The notes beneath the pieces are model-generated. The model searched no databases. It was not told the origin of the DNA and worked only from the letters and a program-made list of their open reading frames with translations. Positions 1 through 7,881 of a stretch of 64,000 nt of DNA are shown piece by piece. Both the position numbers and the translations under genes were made by a program. How positions within the stretch are numbered: the stretch's first letter is position 1; each line of letters opens with the position of its first letter. Origin of the DNA: a virus (taxonomy: Duplodnaviria > Caudoviricetes); IMG/VR virus record IMGVR_UViG_3300014826_000002, positions 1-64,000 of that record; one strand, written 5' to 3'.

Positions 1-79
1 AGAATGAGTTCAAATTTAGAATATATGTTAAATCAAAGAAAATGGAAAGAAACATATAAAATAAGAAGAAAAATAGTAA

Positions 80-2509
80 AAAGAATTAAAAAGAAGAAAT
101 GCTACAAGAGGATTTAGAAAAGTTCCAGATGAAGTAATTGAGAAAATGGTTGTAGCCTTAGCAGATACAAATGAAGTTAAAAAACAATATAAAATAGTAT
201 CTCCGGAAGAAGCAATTACATTAATAAATTCTCCCCTTGAACCATTCGATGCAAATGAATATGAGAAAGTTGTAATCTTTGGAGATATACATGGTTGTTA
301 TGACCCATTAAAGGAGTATTTTGATAAGAATCCATTCAATGAAAATTATAATTATATTTTCTGTGGGGATTACTTAGATAGAGGTGTACAAAATAAAGAA
401 GTTTTGGAATTTTTAATTTCTTTAAAAGATAAAAAGAATTGTGTATTTTTAGAAGGTAATCATGAAACATGGCTTCGTAAGTACTCTCAAAAAGATTATG
501 ATATGGAATATTATGAGAATAGACCTGTTGAATATAAAGACCCATTTGTTACTAAGTTAATTTCTCAATTAAAGGATAGACAAGTTACCTTAGAGAAAAA
601 GATAAATAAGAATAAAAATATGTCTGAAGAGCTATCCAAGTTGTTAAGAGAATCTTGGGAAACAAATCCTGAGAACAGAGAAATTTATTATAGATTTGAA
701 TTAATTAATGTTCCTGAAAAACAAAAAGAATTGCATAAAGAAATGCAAGAATGGGAATACAGGTTAGAAAAACTAATTAGATTAGTCACTGTACTGCAGC
801 ATGAAGAACATAATACAAAAGATTTTATACAAAATTGTAGAGAATGGTTTAAAGAAGAGTTCTCTACGGACTTATCTTTAGACATTACAAACATATTAGA
901 AAAGACTTATAATATGGAAAGTAATAGAAGACAAAATCCAATTAGAAGTTTAGAATTTATAAAAAGAACCTATCCGCAAATTAAAGATATAGATAAAACA
1001 GAAATAAGAAGATTCTGTGATAGATTAGCACAAATGAGTTATTTTACATTTAATGGACACAGATATCTTGTAACTCATGGTGGTGTACCGTGTATGCCTA
1101 CAATGAAAACACAAACAATTGAATTGATTAAAGGTGTAGGTAAATATGAAGACCACGATAAAATAGATAAGCAATTCAATGAAAATGAAGAAAAGAATAA
1201 AACATGGACTGTCCAAATACATGGTCATAGAAATGTAATGAGAGTTCCTGTTGTATCAAATGAGAACATGACATTCAATTTAGAAGGTCAAGTAGAGTTC
1301 GGCGGACATTTAAGAATTGTAGAACTTGGAGATTTTCCTGAAGGACATTGGAATATTGTAGAAATTAAGAATGAGGTGTATGATATTCCAGAAGTAAAAG
1401 AGGAAGAAGAAAAATCTGATATAGAACTACTTAGAGAAATGTATGACAGTAAATGGGTACAGGTTAAAAACTTAAAAGATAATGTAATAAGTTTTAACTT
1501 TACAAGAGACGCTTTTGAAAAAGGAAAGTGGGATACAATAACAACAAAAGCAAGAGGTTTATTTGTAGATAAAACAGACGGGCACGTTGTAGGAAGAAGT
1601 TTTGATAAATTCTTTAACTATAAGCAGCACGAAACAACAGAGCCTGCTTATATGAAGGAATATATTAAGTGGCCTTTAATTGGATACAAAAAAGAAAATG
1701 GATTCTTAGGTATTGTATCTAAGGATACAAATGGAGTACACTTCTTTACCAAATCTTCTGATGAGGGTGATTATGTAAATTGGTTTATAGGTGTTCTTTG
1801 TGATAACTATGGAATAGTTGCTGGACATGATACCAAATATCAAGGTGTAGCAAATAATCACTACACTCCCGTTTATAATTTTTTAAATTATGGTAATTGT
1901 GTATTTAATGATAAACCATGCTTAGAAGATGATTTATTACAAATGAGAAAACAATTAAAAACAAAATTATCCCCATTATTAAAGGAAGGCTATTCTTATG
2001 TATTTGAATGTGTGGATAAATACAATGACCCACATATAATAAAATATGATACAAACAAAATAATCCTATTAGAGGTATTTAAAAATCAATTAGAAGAAAA
2101 ACACGTTTCTTATGATGAACTGTTTAATATTTCTTGTGATTTACAAGTTCATCTTAAAAAGAAAGAATTAGAATTTAATAATTGGGAAGAATTTGAAGAA
2201 TGGAAAGATAAATTTAGACAAGGTGTTACTCAATGGGATTGTAAACATGAAGGATATGTTTTTGAAGACCAAAATGGGTATAGAGTTAAGTTTAAATCTT
2301 CATTCTATAATTTTTGGAAACAAATGAGAGCCTTAAAAGATGTTTTGGCAGGTGGGAGAACAAACAAGAAAATTTATAAAACTAAAGAAGAAATCCAAGT
2401 TGTAAAACTAATGGAAGAATTAGGTAGAGATAAACTTAAAGAAATGTCTATTATTGATGTAGAAGATATGTTTTATGAAAGGTATAAGGATGAATTGTCC
2501 AAAGTGTAA
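80..2509 (+). CDS. RNA end-healing/sealing protein: calcineurin-like phosphatase fused to an Rnl1-type RNA ligase; frame open from 80, carrying the C-terminal lid of a polynucleotide kinase ahead of the ATG at 146
   Basis: GDIHG, GDYLDRG, GNHE, THGG, HGH phosphoesterase motifs; ligase motifs KKENGFLG, YVFE, HEGYVFED, RVKFK; in-frame KELKRRNATRGFRKVPDEVIEKM upstream of 146. Confidence 0.85.
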   Translation, partial: KELKRRNATRGFRKVPDEVIEKMVVALADTNEVKKQYKIVSPEEAITLINSPLEPFDANEYEKVVIFGDIHGCYDPLKEYFDKNPFNENYNYIFCGDYLDRGVQNKEVLEFLISLKDKKNCVFLEGNHETWLRKYSQKDYDMEYYENRPVEYKDPFVTKLISQLKDRQVTLEKKINKNKNMSEELSKLLRESWETNPENREIYYRFELINVPEKQKELHKEMQEWEYRLEKLIRLVTVLQHEEHNTKDFIQNCREWFKEEFSTDLSLDITNILEKTYNMESNRRQNPIRSLEFIKRTYPQIKDIDKTEIRRFCDRLAQMSYFTFNGHRYLVTHGGVPCMPTMKTQTIELIKGVGKYEDHDKIDKQFNENEEKNKTWTVQIHGHRNVMRVPVVSNENMTFNLEGQVEFGGHLRIVELGDFPEGHWNIVEIKNEVYDIPEVKEEEEKSDIELLREMYDSKWVQVKNLKDNVISFNFTRDAFEKGKWDTITTKARGLFVDKTDGHVVGRSFDKFFNYKQHETTEPAYMKEYIKWPLIGYKKENGFLGIVSKDTNGVHFFTKSSDEGDYVNWFIGVLCDNYGIVAGHDTKYQGVANNHYTPVYNFLNYGNCVFNDKPCLEDDLLQMRKQLKTKLSPLLKEGYSYVFECVDKYNDPHIIKYDTNKIILLEVFKNQLEEKHVSYDELFNISCDLQVHLKKKELEFNNWEEFEEWKDKFRQGVTQWDCKHEGYVFEDQNGYRVKFKSSFYNFWKQMRALKDVLAGGRTNKKIYKTKEEIQVVKLMEELGRDKLKEMSIIDVEDMFYERYKDELSKV
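2429..2484 (+). repeat. 56-nt direct repeat, copy 1 (3' end of RNA ligase gene)
   Basis: gataaacttaaagaaatg...tatgaaaggta recurs at 3560-3615 with 5 mismatches. Confidence 0.9.
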
Positions 2510-2585
2510 AACCAACGGGATTATGTACATACACTCATCCATCATACTGTGAGTATAAATGCGAAGATTATAGGAGAAGAAGATA

Positions 2586-3458
2586 ATGAGATTTGATGAA
2601 TTAGGAATTAGAATAAAGCAATACGAGGCTCAAACAACCAAAACAACTTTAATGCCATGTTTACCTGTATATGCGAGAATAGACGGAAGAGCCTTCCACA
2701 CATTTTGTAGAGGTTTAAAGAAACCATTTTGTTATGAGTTAGTTGAAACAATGCAAGAAGTAACAAAGTTCTTGGTTGAAGAAACACATGCTCAACTTGG
2801 TTATGTTCAATCAGATGAAATCTCATTGTGTTGGTTGGATATAGATAAAGCACCTTTTGATGGTAAATTATTTAAACTACAATCTGTATTGGCATCATTG
2901 GCAGCAAGCAAGTTTGTTAATTATATTACAGAAAAATATTTAGAATATCATGGATTTGAAGTGGCAACCAAGGAATGGAGAGAAATAGAGAATTCTTGGA
3001 CATTACTATTCAATAAGTGTCAAAAAATAATCCCATCTTTTGATTGTAGAGTATTCCAATTACCGAATGAAATGGAATTAGCAAATACTTTTGTATGGAG
3101 AGAAATAGATGCTGTTCGTAATTCTGTATCTATGTTAGCACAAGCAAATTTCTCCCATAAGGAATTACAAGGTAAAGATAGAAAAGCTATGCTGACTATG
3201 TTAGAAGAAAAAGGAATAAGATGGAATGAACTAAGAGAGGATCTTAAAAGAGGTGCTTACTTTAAAAGGGTTTTAGTTGAAAAAGAACTATCAGATGAGA
3301 TATGGAATAAAATACCAGAGAATAAGAGACCAGAAAATAGAATTGTAACTCGGTCAGAAGTTCAAAGATATGAGATTCCAGAAATGAAAAATGTTGTAAA
3401 TAAGGTTGATGTATATTTTCATAATGGGGAACCTATTATGAAGGAGGGAACTTGTTAG
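2586..3458 (+). CDS. thg1: tRNA-His guanylyltransferase / Thg1-like 3'-5' polymerase
   Basis: RIDGRAFHTF, YVQSDEISL, FDCRVFQLP, WREIDAVRNS motifs. Confidence 0.92.
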   Translation: MRFDELGIRIKQYEAQTTKTTLMPCLPVYARIDGRAFHTFCRGLKKPFCYELVETMQEVTKFLVEETHAQLGYVQSDEISLCWLDIDKAPFDGKLFKLQSVLASLAASKFVNYITEKYLEYHGFEVATKEWREIENSWTLLFNKCQKIIPSFDCRVFQLPNEMELANTFVWREIDAVRNSVSMLAQANFSHKELQGKDRKAMLTMLEEKGIRWNELREDLKRGAYFKRVLVEKELSDEIWNKIPENKRPENRIVTRSEVQRYEIPEMKNVVNKVDVYFHNGEPIMKEGTC

Positions 3459-3625
3459 GTATAATCATACCATGTTACAATTCTAAAACATTACCAAGAG
3501 CATTGGCGTCCATTATGACACAAAGTTTTCCAAGTATACGGGTTAACATTGTAGATGGGGATAAACTTAAAGAAATGCTTATTATTGATATAGAAGATAT
3601 ATTCTATGAAAGGTACGGTGAATAA
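3452..3625 (+). pseudogene. Chimeric 57-aa ORF: GT2 glycosyltransferase N-terminus fused to a duplicate of the ligase C-terminus
   Basis: aggaggg SD then TTG; LLGIIIPCYNSKTLPRALASIMTQSFPSIRVNIVDG followed by DKLKEMLIIDIEDIFYERYGE*. Confidence 0.65.
3560..3615 (+). repeat. 56-nt direct repeat, copy 2
   Basis: Near-identical to 2429-2484. Confidence 0.9.
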
Positions 3626-4128
3626 TGATATTTGATACGAAAGAAGTAATACAAGAAAGTTTAAAGCATAATATTAGGATTACGTCTATACTAGGTATAA
3701 TATGTATAGGACTTATGGGGTTAAGTATCACACAGAATATTCAGTATCACAAAATGCTAAAGCAACAAACCGAAAAATATACTGAAATGATGATAGAACA
3801 ACAACCAGATATACAAGATTTTCCTAATAGAAAATTAGGTAGATTTACTTTATCTTGGTATTCTCCAAAAGAATTAGGTAAGGCGTCTCCATCTCAATTA
3901 AGAACAAGTACAGGAACAACCCCAAAAGAAGGAAGAACTATTGCTGTTGATCCAAAAGTAATTCCGTATGGTTCTATTGTTTATATTCAAGATTATGGAT
4001 ATTATATTGCAGAAGATTGTGGTGGAGATATAAAATCAAATAGAATAGATGTATTTACAGCATCTCATGAAAATGCAATACAACAGGGTAAAAAGGTAGC
4101 AAATGTATGGGTATTAGGGAAAATATAG
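3625..4128 (+). CDS. 3D-domain (MltA-like) cell-wall-acting protein with N-terminal membrane anchor
   Basis: TIAVDPKVIPYGS, YIAEDCGGDIKSNRIDVF; hydrophobic N-terminal segment. Confidence 0.85.
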   Translation: MIFDTKEVIQESLKHNIRITSILGIICIGLMGLSITQNIQYHKMLKQQTEKYTEMMIEQQPDIQDFPNRKLGRFTLSWYSPKELGKASPSQLRTSTGTTPKEGRTIAVDPKVIPYGSIVYIQDYGYYIAEDCGGDIKSNRIDVFTASHENAIQQGKKVANVWVLGKI

Positions 4129-4129
4129 A

Positions 4130-4405
4130 ATGAAAGATAAGTTAATTAGAGAGATTTTATATAATATATTTGTATTAATTATAGGTATGGTTATAGGGTG
4201 GCTCAATCCCATAGAAGGACCTCTTGATTGGACATATGATGAGTATGCTTCTCACAAAGCTCTTAGGCATCCGCAAAGTGCTTCTCCACGTGTAGAAGAC
4301 AATACAGAACCAAACGTGCAAGAGTTCTATGAAGAGTATTACGAGGATAATAAAGAGGATGACGACACAAAGGTATTCTTTTGGTTTCAGCCAATACTAA
4401 AATAA
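4130..4405 (+). CDS. Hypothetical membrane protein
   Basis: 91-aa ORF abutting the upstream gene; one hydrophobic segment. Confidence 0.6.
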   Translation: MKDKLIREILYNIFVLIIGMVIGWLNPIEGPLDWTYDEYASHKALRHPQSASPRVEDNTEPNVQEFYEEYYEDNKEDDDTKVFFWFQPILK

Positions 4406-4406
4406 T

Positions 4407-4435
4407 TTGCTTTAAATTATAAAGTGTGCTATAAT
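4407..4435 (+). promoter_or_regulatory. sigma70-type promoter
   Basis: TTGCTT-17-TATAAT. Confidence 0.6.
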
Positions 4436-4664
4436 GAAAGGAAAGAAAGGAGAGAGCGTTTTGGAAAAAAGATTCGTATTAAGGGTTTATTATGGGACAG
4501 GAAGTGCTGCTATGTTAACAGGCACTCCCGATCTAGTTGAAGCCTTGGAAGAATTTTTAGAGAATTACAAGAAGGCTATCCCGGACGCAAAAATGTATGG
4601 TCTGCCAAGTATTATTAAGGCAGAAATAATACCGTTAATGTATCAAGGAACTATGACACAATGA
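4434..4664 (+). CDS. Hypothetical protein
   Basis: ORF coupled to the next gene (ATGA overlap); true start probably the TTG after the ggagag SD. Confidence 0.55.
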   Translation: MKGKKGESVLEKRFVLRVYYGTGSAAMLTGTPDLVEALEEFLENYKKAIPDAKMYGLPSIIKAEIIPLMYQGTMTQ

Positions 4665-5068
4665 AAATTTTTAGGTTTTTTAAAAAACTGGGGAAGTGGC
4701 TCCCTATAATATGGAATCAGGAAAATTGGGATTACGAGTTCATCTATGATTTATTAGAATTTAAGATGAAAGATTTAAGAGAAGCTATCTCTAAAGATAA
4801 GTTTACTGATCGTAAGCGTGTTAGAAGAAATCTAAGACAAATAGATATATGCTTAAAAAGGATGGACGTGTACTTAAATTGGCCTGATTATTACTATTAT
4901 CCCATGAATGACATTTACACAAAACCCCTTAGTAATGGTTGTGTTCAGTTAGCTTACTATTCGGAGGTAAATGAACAGCAAAGGTTAGGGGCTATAAAGT
5001 TTGAAGAAGATCAGTATAAAAAGTTTTGGAAGTCTTTTATAAAGTGGCATCGTAATTGGTGGATATAG
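4661..5068 (+). CDS. Hypothetical phage protein
   Basis: 135-aa ORF, coupled start. Confidence 0.65.
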   Translation: MKIFRFFKKLGKWLPIIWNQENWDYEFIYDLLEFKMKDLREAISKDKFTDRKRVRRNLRQIDICLKRMDVYLNWPDYYYYPMNDIYTKPLSNGCVQLAYYSEVNEQQRLGAIKFEEDQYKKFWKSFIKWHRNWWI

Positions 5069-5069
5069 A

Positions 5070-5249
5070 TTACTTACGAGCTTCTAGGGGTTTATAGCTG
5101 CTTTCTTTCTTTTTAAAAGAATTAAGTACTTTTATTATAGAATTTCTTTGCACAGCGAGCACTTTTTTGAACGTACTTAAATTCTTGTCTAGTATAATTC
5201 TTTTTACTTTAGTAGTTAAATTGAGTATTTCTTGTTCTTTTTTATTCAT
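5070..5249 (-). CDS. Hypothetical basic protein (start MNKKEQ)
   Basis: 3' part of track ORF 5070-5360; start overlaps the stop of the upstream gene. Confidence 0.45.
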   Translation of the reverse strand: MNKKEQEILNLTTKVKRIILDKNLSTFKKVLAVQRNSIIKVLNSFKKKESSYKPLEARK

Positions 5250-5868
5250 TTGAATCCTTATAAAAATGACATTTTCCATAGCATTGGTAGACTGAGTCAG
5301 GGAAGTAGAAGAGACATTCATCCTCTTCTGTACAGTACTTACAGTTCCTCTCAGGTTCACTCAGGGTCATTTTAACACCGTCGAATTCCGTAGAAGTGTC
5401 GTGTAGGGTGTACTTATTATTCAGTAGGTCAAGTAGAATTCTTGCCTTGTTTTCATCCCCGTCGAAAAGTTCGCAAGCCATGTTAAAATTATCTAAATAG
5501 TAAGTAGGTGATATGAGGGTAAGGTGATCATTACGGACGTCCTCTATAACCTGATTAATTGAACCTGCTTCTTTCCAGTAGAGCCATTCAGCTCCATCTT
5601 CCCTACAGTCATCGTCAAAATACATGGGGTAGGGAGAGATGCACCAACAGTAAATTCTCTTAGTAACTTCATTGATTTCAACATAGGTTAAGTCTGTATC
5701 TTGTAAGTATGGAAACATAAGTTGGGAGAATTCTTTATAAGTATACGGCATTAATGTAGGTTCTTTCCCACAGCGAGCATTGGCAATTCTCGGAAAAGGT
5801 TCAAAATGTTTCCCTAGGCAAAATATTTCTTTAATATCAGGTTTAATAAAATAATATTCAATTCCCAT
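5242..5868 (-). CDS. Hypothetical phage protein
   Basis: 208-aa ORF with SD and consensus promoter. Confidence 0.7.
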   Translation of the reverse strand: MGIEYYFIKPDIKEIFCLGKHFEPFPRIANARCGKEPTLMPYTYKEFSQLMFPYLQDTDLTYVEINEVTKRIYCWCISPYPMYFDDDCREDGAEWLYWKEAGSINQVIEDVRNDHLTLISPTYYLDNFNMACELFDGDENKARILLDLLNNKYTLHDTSTEFDGVKMTLSEPERNCKYCTEEDECLFYFPDSVYQCYGKCHFYKDSNE

Positions 5869-5893
5869 GTTCTCTCTCTCCTATATTAATTTT

Positions 5894-5922
5894 ATTATAT
5901 CACAAGAAACAGAACATGTCAA
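5894..5922 (-). promoter_or_regulatory. sigma70 consensus promoter
   Basis: TTGACA-17-TATAAT, perfect match. Confidence 0.85.
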
Positions 5923-6217
5923 AATTTATTATCATGATAAAATAGGTATAAGCGGAGTTGAATCACCACTAGCACTACCTTTGTTGCATATGTATGTATG
6001 ATCGAGACTTGGTTTATAGGGGAGGTTATCTGTCATTCCTCCCCATCCAAGTAATACTTTACGAATGTATTAGTACGGCAGGTTGACTGGTGAAACCTCG
6101 CTTAAAACCTACAGTTTTATGCATCACTGAAAAGCTCCGTTTCTTTCCTTAACGGAAGGGCAATTTGATTTTAATTTGACAGTTTAGGAAATAAATTGCT
6201 TAAGAACCTAAAATTGA

Positions 6218-6302
6218 TGGTGGGCCAGGTTGGTGCCGCCCCAACTACTTCTTTCGAAAACGGTTTTACAGACCGCCGTGTTTGCTGATTCACTACTGAC
6301 CC
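6218..6302 (-). tRNA. tRNA-Tyr(GTA), atypical T-loop
   Basis: Cloverleaf, anticodon loop CTGTAAA, long variable arm, encoded CCA; T-loop GGCGGCA instead of TTCGAAT. Confidence 0.8.
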
Positions 6303-6562
6303 ATATACCCGAACCTTTCCGAATAACGCAGAGCTCGGGAAACTGCACTAATTTCTTGCCAAGAGGGATAGTTAGACCTATGGTAGATACTATGCATGCC
6401 CTTAGTACCTTGGAAGTCCCATGTCATACAGATGGGCACTCCTCCAGCTATGTTGTTAAGGAGACAACAATAAAACCACACATTGTTAAGGATACAATGT
6501 AGAAACCGCCTTCGATTTTGTGCACCCTGGAGTATAAAGGCTCAACCAAGCTTTATAAAATA

Positions 6563-6659
6563 TTGGAAAGGCAGGGGTCGAACCTGCATGAGGGAGCTAT
6601 TTTCCGCGGTCAGCGTCTATCCTCTGGTTTCCTAGTGTCTACCATTCCACCACTTTCCA
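6563..6659 (-). ncRNA. tRNA-like RNA with enlarged, non-canonical anticodon region
   Basis: Acceptor TGGAAAG/CTTTCCA, Leu-like D arm GTGGAATGGTAGACAC, T arm GCAGG-TTCGACC-CCTGC; about 46 nt between D and T arms with no standard anticodon arm. Confidence 0.55.
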
Positions 6660-6943
6660 TTGGAAAAAGGAAGTGTTGCACCTTCCTTTGGTCGTTATCT
6701 TTACCTTCTTTCTTTGTGGAGGAGTACTTAAAGGAATGCGTAAGCAACTACCGCATAGTTTCTAAAACTTTAAACTACGAAATCGTGTTGTCTATCACTA
6801 GTCACTTAATAAGAATGTTTAATTCGTCAAAGATAAAATCATTCATCCACCAGTCTATTATTTTATCCCTATAACAAGGCTAAACGAGTATAACATGCCT
6901 TACCCCCTCTTGCGTGCAACCGCTCATGGATTTAAAATTGTAA

Positions 6944-6964
6944 AGAGGACTCTCGTAGAGTCCC
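6944..6964. terminator. Strong hairpin (terminator or processing site)
   Basis: GGACTCT-CGT-AGAGTCC. Confidence 0.45.
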
Positions 6965-6999
6965 CTGAGTTGTCCTAACCTACTCTTATGGTCAGGCAA

Positions 7000-7087
7000 T
7001 GGTGTAGCAGGGTTGGATTCGAACCAACGAAGTCAAATAGACAGAGCGTTTTAGCACTCTTTGCTTTAACCACTTGCATACCCACAC
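7000..7087 (-). tRNA. Aberrant Tyr-type tRNA (irregular loop GCTAAAAC, bulged acceptor stem), possibly a pseudogene
   Basis: D arm TGC-AAGTGGTTAAA-GCA, variable arm GTC-TATTT-GAC, T arm GTTGG-TTCGAAT-CCAAC, ends ACACCA. Confidence 0.5.
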
Positions 7088-7120
7088 ATAATGGCAGTTT
7101 TACGGAGCTGCCAACCTTTT

Positions 7121-7192
7121 ACACGCGGGTAGGAGTCGAACCTACTACTTCTCGTAGCTCAGGCGAGTGCTCATTCCGTGAACTTCCGTGTG
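7121..7192 (-). tRNA. Degenerate tRNA (nominal anticodon GAG on a short-variable-loop body), probable pseudogene
   Basis: T arm GTAGG-TTCGACT-CCTAC; mismatches in acceptor and anticodon stems; no CCA. Confidence 0.45.
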
Positions 7193-7199
7193 ATATGAC

Positions 7200-7880
7200 C
7201 CCCATTATTTAACGTAAAACGAGGGTAAAACCGCCTATTTCAGTTTTTGGTACACTGTAAGCCCTATGACCGCCTATATAGGTATAGTGCTGTGAATAAG
7301 TCGACTCTCTTCACAGAGGACATTTGAGCAGTACTGAAGTACAGTCTTATGCTTTCCCGTCTCACTTCTTATAAACTTGGCTCCAGTTTCAATTATTTGC
7401 GTGTGCGAAACTGAACAAAAGATACACGTTTTATATCCCGCCATTTGCGGTGGCGGTCGTTCAACGAAAAACTAAAGAGCTCTAAGTTTTTCATATCCCA
7501 ATTAATTGTGAGATAGGTTTAGGCCCTGTATCGCAGCTGCTGAATGTCTCAACTCCAAGAGAGATTTCCCCGTTGAAGTACCATCGTGGATTTGCTTTGA
7601 AGGTGGACCCTCCTACCTTAAACTTAGGACAAGCTGCTTTTTGGTGGAGGAAAGCAGCCCGAACAACCTCATTAACTATAGTTTGTCGCTTTTACACGGG
7701 TAACGACTCCCGTACATACCTCTTTTTCTCAGATTACTTCCAACCTATACGTGCTAAAGTTCGTTCCTCCACCTCACAATTCAGGCGGTACAGAACACGC
7801 AGGTTTCGCTTTAGTTGTCGTAGGCCCTTTTTGCTTTAGCTCGGTCCCTACCTAGGTATGTCTGCGTTTGCAAAATTAAA
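7200..7880 (-). ncRNA. Candidate large structured ncRNA (GOLLD/ROOL-like size and context)
   Basis: About 680 nt, GC-richer than coding DNA, no credible ORF, many hairpins, lies between tmRNA and tRNAs. Confidence 0.5.
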
Positions 7881-7881
7881 A

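Noticed and set aside
2490-2555. Tiny MNCPKCK... ORF after the ligase gene
   Set aside because: Only about 20 codons; possibly a Zn-finger gene remnant but too short to support.
5940-6000. tRNA gene
   Set aside because: Only a T-arm-like fragment (GGTGATTCAACTCC); no D or anticodon arm.
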